From positions 375,968,001 through 376,032,000 of the forward strand of contig OZ024741.1 in assembly GCA_964016885.1 (NCBI GenBank): a stretch of DNA of 64,000 bases. The letters are read 5' to 3'. A program made the translations under genes and the position numbers. Below are positions 26,525 to 37,400 of this stretch, one piece after another (the stretch's first letter is position 1; each line of letters begins with the position of its first letter). Source of the DNA: Eledone cirrhosa. Its lineage: Eukaryota. The notes below the pieces were generated by a model that was not told where the DNA came from, did no database searches, and saw only the letters and a list, made by a program, of their open reading frames with translations.

Positions 26525-28108
26525 GTTATTATTATTATTATTTGCATTTATCTTGCTTTATGTTCATACGAGTTATCACCAAGTCACAACCAGTGACCTC
26601 AAGAGACAACAAGGTCCGCCATGTTCAAGAAAGAACATACATATTCACACATGCATCCTTAGTGTTTAGACTTGTGATGTACTTATATTGACAGGATCTT
26701 CCTTAGTATATGGGCAGTTCCCATTAGTACTATCTTTTGTATTTCTCCTATACGCGGGTTTCATGGGATTTGCGATAAGTAGTCGTTAGACCCCTTAGGT
26801 ATCATTCCCAGAGCGCCTACAACCACTGGTATTGTTTTAGTTCTCAATTTCCACATTTTTCCAATTTCTATCTCCAGGTCCTTATACTTGCTCAATTTTT
26901 CAAATGTTTTTATAGATACATTCTTGTCTATTGGAACAGACATATCAATTAGCAGGCATACCCTCCTTTGAAAGTCCTTCAATATTATATCAGGTCTATT
27001 TGCATCTAGTTTTCGGTCTGTTTGGATGCTAAAGTTCCACAAGATTGAGATGTGATCTTTTTCAAGTATGGGAGGTGGTTGATGCTCCCACCAATTCTTT
27101 TGATGGGGCAGGTCAAAATGCTTACACATTATCCAATGTATGTATTGTGCAGCTCTGTCATGCCTGTTTAGGTATTCGGTTGGAGCTATAGGACTGCACA
27201 TTGACATTATATGGTCAATGGTCTCTGGTTGTTTTTTGCATACACGGCATAATGGGCTGCACCCATTTTTTATTATGTTGGCTTGGTAATTTTTTGTTGG
27301 CAGACACTGATCTTGTGCCGATATAATCAGTCCTTCAGTCTCCGATTTCAGTCCAGAGGATGCCAACCACTGATGGGTTAAAGTTTTGTCAACATCAGGA
27401 TTGTTAGCTCGCTCTGGGTATTTTCCATACAGAGGCTTTTCTTGCCATTTCTTAGCCAGTTTCTGTAGCAGTTCTTTCTTTGCAGTTACTTTTACCTGCT
27501 TTGCTTTTTCTGTGTTTTCCATTTCAGCAGTAAATGGGACTTCTGAAATTTGTAGTCCATTACTGTATCTTTGTGCATCTTTTGTAATGGAATATGATCT
27601 TTTGGTGCTTTCGTGTTTCAAAACGAGTTTGATCATCCAATCATGTGAATCCCTTAGATATGTGGATAATCCAATTGTTGCAGTTTTCAACGCAATGTCC
27701 AACTGGATTAACCCACGTCCTCCTTCTTTCCTAGGGAGATATATTCTATCTATATCTGCCTTAGGGTGATAAATTCTGTGCATGGTTAAGAATTTTCGAA
27801 TTTTTGTATCGAGCCTACGGATCTCTGTGTTTGACCAGTTGATGACATTGTAACTGTAGGTTACTACTGATATGGCAAGCGTGTTTATGGCATCGATCCT
27901 ATTCCTTGCATTCAATTCCGTTCTTAAGATTGCTCTGACTCTGCGGTAACATTCCTTCCTTATCCTTTCCCTCATTGTCGAGTGCTTGATTCCATCTCCT
28001 TCACAAACACCTAGATATTTGTAAGTTTTTTCTTGATCAAGCTCTCTTATCAAGTTCCCCCGATCAAGATTAATGTCTGAACTCTTCAGCAGCTTTCCTC
28101 TGGTGAAC

Positions 28109-28109
<1 letters not shown>
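26525..28109 (-). mobile_element. R4/Dong family C copy 3 (5'-truncated)
   Basis: ORF 28053->26761 encodes RT thumb, CCHC and RLE. Flanked by (TTA)n on both sides. Confidence 0.95.
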
Positions 28110-28159
<50 letters not shown>

Positions 28160-28368
28160 GGCGACCTACGTAGGAAATCGTATTATCGTGAGCTCCGCAA
28201 AGGTTTGTTATTTCCGTTTGTTTAAAAATTGCCATTTATGGAACATTTTATTGTAAACTGTTTATAAGCACACATACATTGTTTTCCGAAAAGGACACCC
28301 AAAAAGATTGGGGCCTTGTGCCCAAAATTTTAACTTTTATTATTATCCAAAAATTTCTTTGAAAAAAA

Positions 28369-30354
28369 ATGGCTAATTCCCCTCTGCACGAAGCAGCTGA
28401 AAGCCTTCCTCACAAAATAACACCTCACACCGACACCATCATTGTAAATGTTACTACGTTTGCCAACACAAAAAAAAATATAAGCAGTAGCAATATTTTA
28501 AATTTGTCTCAGGCAGACATTCATTTCCCGCCATTACCAATGACTGCAGGTGTTAAAGCCTCCACCACCACCACCACCGCGACAACCACCACCCCCACCA
28601 CCACCGCGACAACAGAAACAAAAGAAGAAAAAAATAAATTAACTCGTGATGTCGAAATGAAATCAAGCAAAATGGACTCTTCCGCACCAAAGACGACTGA
28701 CGTCACCACCACCAAAACTGAAAATAAAATTAATATTAACGATAGCAACAACAACAACAATGACATTATTAAACCGACCCTCAGTTTCGCCAGAGTAGCA
28801 AAACAATTCGAAGCGTTCACGGTAACTGAAGAAGATTTAGAAAATGCCCAACAAATGGTAAAGAAAGATGGGTACAGGGTCAGCCTCACCCCCCCACCTA
28901 ATAAAATGGAGCATCGGCGCCTGTGCACCGTGTCGTATAGAACAATAAATGTAAAATCGCGCCGAGTGGAACGGGCATCCGAGTCCCAAATCCAAAAAGC
29001 TTTGGGACATGTGTGGGCAAGAAAAACCCACATCAGACGTGGGCAAAAGTATGGAACCGTGGATGTTTTCTTTGAAACACCAGAGGAGGCTAGAGGACAC
29101 TCCATGGCCCCATTAAAAAGTGACGACCTCACACTCGTCCCAAGCTATTGTGGCCAGAGACTCGTAAAGATCAGGGTGACCGACGTTCCACCGGCTATCG
29201 AAATTCCCTGGCTAATAGCGGCTGTCCTCGCCGGCATCGAAGCCAACACGAAAATAATAGCAGTAGCAAAAGAAAAGCAGGAAAACTGGTCCGGATCTGG
29301 GATGGAGCTCCTGATCCAAGCGGACCAAAAAAGCATTGAGGAGATCCCAGAGGTAATAGACCTCAACGACGGCAGCCACCTCACGGTAATTGTCGAGGGC
29401 AGAAGACCTAGGTGTGTCGTTTGTGGTGAAGGAACCCACCTAAGGGCTTTCTGCCCTCAGGCTAAAAGGTTGAGGCCACCTCTCCTACCCACTCCAGTGA
29501 CACAACCATCAACACCACCAGTAGCAGAGATGACAGCAACAACTGTAGCAGCAACAACAGAAGCAACTATAACAGCAACAACCCCAGCAACAGCAGCAAA
29601 ACCAACACCACTACCACCACCAGTAAAACCAACACCACCACCACCCAACGCTTCAGAACTAGCACCAGCGCCTACACCATCCACCACACCACAACCAAAA
29701 CTAACGGCTGTGGAGGATTTTCCACTCCCCGGCCTATCACAACTGGAGACAGATTGTGACGACGAGGAGTGGGAAACGATATCCGGAAAAAAAAAAAGAA
29801 ACCAAAAAAGAAAAAATTCTCTTCCTTCCCCCTCCAAAAACAAAATACAGAGGGAAACAAATAAACTAAGAAACAAAAAGGTTAGGACAGATATGCCACC
29901 ATCCACACCAGCATCACCAACCCCATCAACCCAAACACCAACACCATCACCATCATTAACTCCAACGCCACCATCACCTACACCACAAAAGTCACCAAAA
30001 TGCGAAATAGAAACAAACCCACAACAAACGCAAACAAAACAAAACAACCAAAACGATACACACTACACAGCATTAAATTTGAACAACAAGCAATTATTAC
30101 ACTACATCCAACACAACACCAGCATCACAGAAAAAGACTACACAACAACCCCAAAATTCACACCACCTCCACACATACAAATCACTCGCATCACACAGAA
30201 AACGTACATGACACTAAAACAAAAATTCCCCAAAGACATCGGAGACTTCCGACAAGCACTCTCCAGGAGGATTTATAAGGACATCCTTCCTGAGGAGGCC
30301 ACAAGCAGTGAAAAGGATGGAAAAGCCGTCCTTCCCCTACGAGAAGTAAGGTAA
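28369..30354 (+). CDS. Tx1 ORF1 (661 aa; CCHC zinc knuckle, Pro/Thr-rich disordered tail)
   Basis: Intact ORF containing CVVCGEGTHLRAFC (CX2CX4HX4C). Confidence 0.88.
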   Translation: MANSPLHEAAESLPHKITPHTDTIIVNVTTFANTKKNISSSNILNLSQADIHFPPLPMTAGVKASTTTTTATTTTPTTTATTETKEEKNKLTRDVEMKSSKMDSSAPKTTDVTTTKTENKININDSNNNNNDIIKPTLSFARVAKQFEAFTVTEEDLENAQQMVKKDGYRVSLTPPPNKMEHRRLCTVSYRTINVKSRRVERASESQIQKALGHVWARKTHIRRGQKYGTVDVFFETPEEARGHSMAPLKSDDLTLVPSYCGQRLVKIRVTDVPPAIEIPWLIAAVLAGIEANTKIIAVAKEKQENWSGSGMELLIQADQKSIEEIPEVIDLNDGSHLTVIVEGRRPRCVVCGEGTHLRAFCPQAKRLRPPLLPTPVTQPSTPPVAEMTATTVAATTEATITATTPATAAKPTPLPPPVKPTPPPPNASELAPAPTPSTTPQPKLTAVEDFPLPGLSQLETDCDDEEWETISGKKKRNQKRKNSLPSPSKNKIQRETNKLRNKKVRTDMPPSTPASPTPSTQTPTPSPSLTPTPPSPTPQKSPKCEIETNPQQTQTKQNNQNDTHYTALNLNNKQLLHYIQHNTSITEKDYTTTPKFTPPPHIQITRITQKTYMTLKQKFPKDIGDFRQALSRRIYKDILPEEATSSEKDGKAVLPLREVR

Positions 30355-30388
30355 GTGGTCTTTCCCATCTTTTCCACTCCTTTTCAAC

Positions 30389-33300
30389 ATGACCTCACTC
30401 AGAATAGGCAGCATAAATGCGCGTGGCTTGGGGTCGTCATGGAAGCAGGGCCACCTGCTCAACGACCTCAGGTCACTAAACATAGATGTAGTGGCCATCA
30501 GCGAGACCAGAATCTCCGAAGCACAGGCTTTCGCACCGATCTTCGGCGGCTACGATGTGTACGCATCTCCCAGCCGTCCGGGATCGGGGGGAGGAGTTGC
30601 TGTGCTTTTTCAGAGAGGTTTGGATCTTGCCATACGGGCCATCTTCCTGGACCCAGAAGGTAAGTTGGTGGTGCTGGACGTGACCAGCGGAGACGGGCAA
30701 GCTTTCAGGTTAGTGGCCGTCTATACCCCGACAGGAGCAGGGCGGCCTGATTTCTTCCGGCGTCTGGAGACCTTTCTTGGAACGTCCCGCTCTTTAGTGT
30801 TAGTGGGCGACTGGAACGGGATCTTAGATGCACGCTAGGATTGTGTGGGATTAGTAGATAGGGAAGGAGGGAGCAAGAGTCTCACCAACCTGCTCAGACG
30901 TTTTGAACTGTCTGACAGGTACCGAATGGATTTCCCGAATGTACCAATGTGGACTTGGACAAATCGCATAGGGTCATCCAGATCATATCTAGATAGAGTA
31001 TTTTGTAGGGAAATAGATAGGTCTAGCATAGGCTGTCCACAATTCAAGATAGTCAGCTACACGGACCACAAATTCGTGATCTGTGTGCTTGACTTAGATA
31101 GGCTTCATAGACGAGGACCCGGCTACTGGAAGTTAAACGCGTCCTTACCAGCGCGCAAGGCCTACAGAGACCGGATTAACGAACTAGTTAAGCGGGCGTT
31201 GACGGGGGCCATCGTCAACAACAAGTGGTGGTTTGCTCTGAAAAGAGCAATTAGAATAGAGTCCATTAGGTTTAGTAAGACTTTAGCAATAGAGAAAAAT
31301 AGAGCAGAGGGAGAATTAGTTAGAAAATTAGATGAGGCGCTTAGCAAAGGCATCGCGACCGACGTACTTGCGGCGAAATTGGCCCTTGACCAATTCTTCA
31401 ATGCAAAGCACGAAGGCTGCGTTGTCAGAGCTAGGGTGCGTGCTCTCAGACACGAGGGGACGAAAGCCGTTCAATGGGCCGGAGTGGCGGAGGCGCGTCG
31501 TGGCAACAAAGCCACGATCCGGTCTTTGGTGGACCACGACGGGCGCATGCTACTCGATCCCGGGCAAATGTGTGAAGCTTTTCAGCGACACTTCGCTCAA
31601 CTGTTCGGGGGCAGTGGCGGGCCGGATCGAGGGATGGACTTTAGTGTCTACCTCGACGGACTGCCGCGGCTTTCGGCCACTGAGGCGGAGTGTTGCGAAA
31701 AGCCGATAACAACCGCTGAAGTACGGGATGCAATGACTAGTTGCACAAGGGGTAAATCGCCTGGTTTGGATGGTCTGCCCTATGAACTTTACGTACAAAT
31801 GCCAAACTTGTTCGGAGGCCTCTTGGCGGACGTCTACTGCAACTGGCAACAGAACGGGAGAATTCCCAGCTCTGTGAGCCGAGGAGCGGTGGCGCTGCTG
31901 AGAAAGGATCCGAACAAGGGGGATAACATAGATAATTTTAGGCCCATAACTCTGCTAAACACAGAGTTCAAGATTTTGGCCAAGGTGCTAGCAAAGAGGT
32001 TGGCGCTTGTCGTTGGTGGTCTGGTGGGAGAGGCACAGACATGCGCCATTCCCGACAGATCCCTCCACGACAACCTCCACCTCATGCGATACATCGTAGA
32101 GAGGGTAGCTAGGGAACCTGGCACGGGTGGGTCTTTGATCAATTTAGATCAGTCGAAAGCCTTCGATAGGGTCGACCATCGTTACCTAACGGCAGTCCTG
32201 AGGGCGGCTGGCTTTGGGCCCGTCTTCAGAGGCTGGATCGCTGCCATGCACAGCGACATCTGCTCTGTAGTGAGAGTGAACGGTCACCTTTCGGAACCGT
32301 TCAAGATCATGCGCTCGGTCCGCCAAGGATGTCCCCTCTCGTCCCTATTGTACGTATTGACTCTCGAGCCATTACTGCACAAACTGGAGACGTTGAGGGG
32401 GGTCCCGCGCGAACTAGGATGCGGAAGATCCGTGTCAGCATATGCCGACGATGTCACCGTAGTGGTGTCGAACGCCAAACACATCGAGGCGATCGGCACT
32501 ACACTAAGAGAATACGAAGCGGTGACAGGAGCAATGATCAACCAGGAAAAGTCAGTGGGCCTGCAGCTCGGCACCTGGAGAGGCAGGTCCATGCCGTCCA
32601 ACAGCGTCGTCGGGCGCTGGACGGACGGACCGGTTAAATTGCTAGGGGTCTGATTCGGTCCAGACCTCCAGACGGACAAAAACTGGGACGAGGTGACGAG
32701 CAGGGTGGCTTCTCTCACCCAGAAATGGGCCGAGAGGAAGCTATCCCTGAAAGGTCGAGCGGAGGTGGCGAATGCGTACATCGCATCCGTCATCTACTAC
32801 CGCCTGACCGTCGTACCTTGTCCTAAGCCCCGCCTGACTGCGCTGGAGCGTTTGCTCTTTCGCTTCTTGTGGAAGGGACGCGCTCCGATGGTCAGGCGGT
32901 CCATCTGCTGTCAACACCCGCTACGTGGAGGGCTGGGCATGCCGTGGCTGATGATGCGCAGACACGCGCTCAAGCTACGACATCTCCACCTCTTCCTCGA
33001 CGGTGATCAGGTGTGGTCGCCGTTTGCAAGACACGTTTTTCCCCAGCTCGTCTCCTTGACGGAGCTGCAGTCCTGGGTCAAGCGAAGACCGAGAGGGAGC
33101 GCTTGGAGACTGGAATGTCTTCAGGCGCTCACAGCCCTCGACCAATCGGGCAATGTGATCGGTGGAAACTCCACCTTGGCGTTCTATAGGGGATTAGTGG
33201 AGGGGAAGAGCGACGACGTACTTGGAGAAACTCTAGGCATCGACGAAAATCAACTAGCCAATCTCTTCGGAAGGACTTTCGGGCCGGGGCCTATGGACAA

Positions 33301-33808
33301 CTTCCAGAAATCACTGGCCTGGCAGTGCTACCGAGGAGCTTTGCCAGTTCGGGATAAACTCTACAGGCATGGAGGTGCCGTCAGCCGGGCATGTCCGAGA
33401 TGCGCGCAGGGCGACGAAACCGTCCTGCACGCACTCGTCCAGTGTCCGAGCATTGCTGACTTGTGGGTTTATGTCGAACACCTGCTGTCACGTGTAGGAC
33501 GGATCCGGCTATCAGCTGAGTCCATCGTGAGGATTGCCCCGCCCCCTTCCTTTAGCCTGGAAGGGCAGGCAGTTTTTATCTGTCTGGTGGCCATGGCGAA
33601 AGAGATAGTATGGTGGACACGTTTGAAAGGGCTGAAGACGAGCACTTACCTCTTCGGTGATGCCCTGATTAACTTTTTCAAATTTCATTTGAAAAGGAAA
33701 ATCAGGGTAGAGAGGGAAGGGCTCTCTTCCCAGCATTTTGTTGAAAGATGGGTGAGAGAAGCAAGTATGGCCCGAATGAATGGGCCTTCTCTGAGTATGT
33801 GTCTGTAA
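30389..33808 (+). pseudogene. Tx1 ORF2 (APE endonuclease + RT + zf-RVT), one frame with in-frame stops at 30836 (TAG) and 32651 (TGA)
   Basis: APE motifs: SINARGL, ISET, VAVY.P, GDWN, YLDR, TDHK. RT motifs: FRPITLLN, DQSKAFDRVDH, RQGCPLS, YADD. Zinc finger: CPRC..ET..H....CP. Confidence 0.92.
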
Positions 33809-34050
33809 ATTAAAGGTGGAAAACTGGGAGAGGGCACTTGCCCTGGTGGTCAGGGCCACTGTGGTCTTTTAATGGGCTTTCTCCACAAATGTCCCTTGGA
33901 AGTCTCCCCCCTATTGGGGAATTTTTCTTTGTTATTTTATTTCAACCTCTGTTTTTTTACACGCAGAAATGCCCATTTGTACCGTCCTGTATTGTCCTGT
34001 ACTGTCCTTAATGTCTACTTTATGTGAACCCTTGTGGTTAATAAAGAAAA

Positions 34051-34126
<76 letters not shown>

Positions 34127-34127
<1 letters not shown>

Positions 34128-34471
34128 TTGTTATTACTCTTTGAGTCTCAGTCATTGATGTTAGTTAACTGGAAAGTTTGTTGAAATGAATATCCAGTCA
34201 CTACCTGCAGCCTCAGATATTCAGGACGTATCGGAGGGTTCTTGCTGTTCCCAGCAAGCATGCCTTTTTGAAGCGTTCCAAAAAGCGTGAAGGGGCCAAT
34301 TTTCTTTAACCATCACTGGAAACTTTTTGAGATAGTCCCTAGTGCGCGTATGACAATCGGGATCACTTTGACTTCATGGCAGTTCCAAATCCTTTTTACC
34401 TCCCACTTTAAGTCCTGGTATCGGTTAATTTTCTCCCTCTCCTTCTCTTGCACTCTCGTGTCGAATGGGCA
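34127..34471 (-). mobile_element. Dong family B copy 3, 3' fragment
   Basis: Matches 10205-10549; encodes CPFDTRVQEKEREKINRYQDL. Confidence 0.93.
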
Positions 34472-37400
34472 CTCGAGGAGGTGACAGACACCACCCTCCT
34501 GGACATCAAAAGGACAGAGAGAGAGGACTGGTCCGGAAGGGATTTGGAGATTCTTCTCCAAATGAAACCGGAGGATATGAATAACATCCCAGATTTTGCC
34601 CGCCTGCAGGACGGGACAACAATCCAACTAATGATTGACGGAAGAAGGCCACGCTGCTTCGTTTGCGGGGAAGCAACGCATCTTCAAGCCTTCTGCCCTC
34701 AGCGCAAAAATGCAGGGGGTCGCAAACCACCTTTGTTGCCAACGCCAGTGTCAGCACGGAAAGCTGCACCACCATCACCACCAAAAACAACATCAACAAA
34801 AACACGGACACCAACATTAAAAGCAGCCGGATCACCACCAACACCAAAACCAATCCAAGGATAAAACGAGGAAAGCTCTCCCACTCCCCCTACCCCCCCC
34901 CCAATTATACACATAGACAAAAAAAAAATAAACGCACACACAGACACAGAGACACTCACAGACACAGACCCTTTGTCTTCCAGCAGCGAAGATGAAGGAA
35001 AACCCAAAAGTGCCAAAAAACAGAGAAAACTCACAAAAAAGCCCCAATAAAACACAAAAACACACACAACAAAAAATACAGACACCACTAACGCAAACAC
35101 TTCCCCAATAACATCAGCACTATCAGCAACATCGACACCACCTCCACAATCCCCGAAACGCAAACAACCTAAACAAACACAAGTACAAATAAACACACAA
35201 ATACCTGAAATTGCAGACACCACACCTACAACAAACATAGACATACCCGAAACAACACCACCAAAACCATCGCACCCACCTTCACCAAAACGAAAACAAA
35301 TAAAACCACACCAACAAAATGTTAAAAACTTCGTGCTTGTCAGAAGGGCCAACGATAAACTGATGGCCCTCTTAGCGCGAAGCGAGGACATTCAAACAGA
35401 GGGGGAGATTTTTGAAATGAGCACATTTTGCGTGCCAGAAGATTTGCTTCTGGTCCGAATGTCACTCAATTCCTTCAAAGAAATTCGAGAGAGCTTTCCT
35501 CAAGACGTGGGAAACCCGAATGTGAAACCCACATCAAGACTTTTAAAGGGGTTCCCAAAAGAAACCCCACCAACCATGGAGGTCGAACCACCCGATCTTC
35601 ACAAGACCCGGGAGGTAAGTAAACCTTCCCTCTCTCTCTCTTAGCTTACCAATATGGCCATATTAAGAGTAGGAAGTTTAAATGTTCGCGGCCTGGGGTC
35701 ACCATGGAAGCAGGGTCGCCTGCTCAACGACCTCCGGTCGCTGGAAATGGATGTGATTGCCGTAAGCGAGACCAGAATTTCCGACACGCGCGCACTAGCC
35801 CCCATTTTCGACGACTATCCGATCTTCGCATCTGTTAGCAGGCCGGGAATGGGGGGTGGGGTGGCAGTGCTGTTTAGGAAAGGACTGGATCTCGAGGTAA
35901 GGTCGATCTTCCGGGACCCGGACGGTAAGTTGGTGGTCTTGGATGTGAGCAGTAGCGAAGGTGGTGCCTTTAGACTGCTGGCCGTCTACGCCCCTACAGG
36001 AGCCGGACGACCCGACTTCTTTAGGCGCCTGGAGACCTTTCTGGGTACGTCTCGCTCTTTACTGTTAGCATCTTAGACGCACACTAGGATTGTGTGGGAG
36101 TAGCCGATAGGAGCGGGGGGGGGGGTGCAAAAGCCTCAAGCACCTACTCAGCCAGTTCCAACTGTCTGACAGGTATCGACTAAATTTCCCCAATGTGCCA
36201 GTATGGACATGGACCAACCGAATGGGGTCATCTAGATCGTATATAGACAGAATCTTCATTAGGAAAATAGATAGAAATAGTGTGGGCTGTCCACTTTTTA
36301 AAACGGTCGCCTATTCAGATCACAAATTTGTGATCTGTACGGTCGACCTAAATAAAACGCGTAGGTTAGGACTGGGTTACTGGAAGCTGAACATGTCATT
36401 TCCGGCACGTAAGGCTTACAGGGACCGAGTCAACAAGTTAGTTAAGCAAAAGTTGACAGGGGGGGATCATCAACAACAGATGGTGGGGGGCTCTCAAAAG
36501 AGAGATTAGAGTAACTTCGATAGAGTTCAGCAAAGAACTAGCGTCAGAGAAAAATAGAAAGGAGGGGGAGCTGGTAGATAAGTTAGACGAGGCTATTTGT
36601 AGGGGCATCGCAACTGACGTGCTAGCGGCGAGAATGGCATTAGACGATTTCTTCAATGCCAAACACCAAGGTTGTATCGTCAGAGCTAAGGCGCGTGCGC
36701 TGAGAAACGAGGGAACTAAAGCTGTTCGATGGGCCCGCGTGGCGGAGGCGCAGCGTGGTAATAAAACCACAATTCGGTCTTTGGCGGACCGAGACGGACA
36801 CGAGATGAGCGATTCCAAGCGGATGTGTGAGGCCTTTCGCCAGCACTTTGCTCGGTTGTTCGGGGAGAGTGGCGAGTCAGAGAGAGTAGCGGATTTCAGT
36901 CCCTACCTTGACGGCTTGCCGCGCATCTCGACGGTCGACGCTGAGCGCTGCGAAAGGCCGATTACTTCAGCCGAAATTCAGGACGCCCTTGTCGGCTGCA
37001 TGAGGCGTAAGTCACCCGGTTTGGATGGCCTGCCCTACGAGCTTTACGTAAATATGCCAGACTTGTTCTCCGAACTCCTCGAAGCACTCTACTGTAACTG
37101 GCAGCAGAATGGGAGTATTCCCAGTTCTGTGAGCAGGGAGTGGTGACGCTGATAAGGAAAGACGAGAACAAGAGGGATACATTAGACAACTTCAGGCCCA
37201 TAACTCTGCTCAACACAGAGTTTAAGATTTTGGCCAAGGTGTTAGCAAAGAGATTGGCGCTTGTCGTCGAGGATTTGGTTGGAGAGGCGCAAACTTGCGC
37301 AATCCCAGCCAGGTCCATACACGACAATCTCCACCTCATGCGATACATCATAGAGAGGGTGGGGTGTAAACCTGGCTTCGGTGGGGCACTGATCAATTTA

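Larger units (their letters stand above)
28160..34051 (+). mobile_element. Tx1/L1-clade LINE, full-length, in (ATT)n
   Basis: 5'UTR, ORF1, ORF2 and 3'UTR with AATAAA at 34040. (ATT)n tracts at 28110-28159 and 34052-34125. Confidence 0.93.

Noticed and set aside
28521-30047. Antisense ORFs (203 and 196 aa) opposite Tx1 ORF1 and similar shadows of RT ORFs
   Set aside because: They are explained by the ACC/ACA-rich codon bias of the sense ORF and contain no domains.
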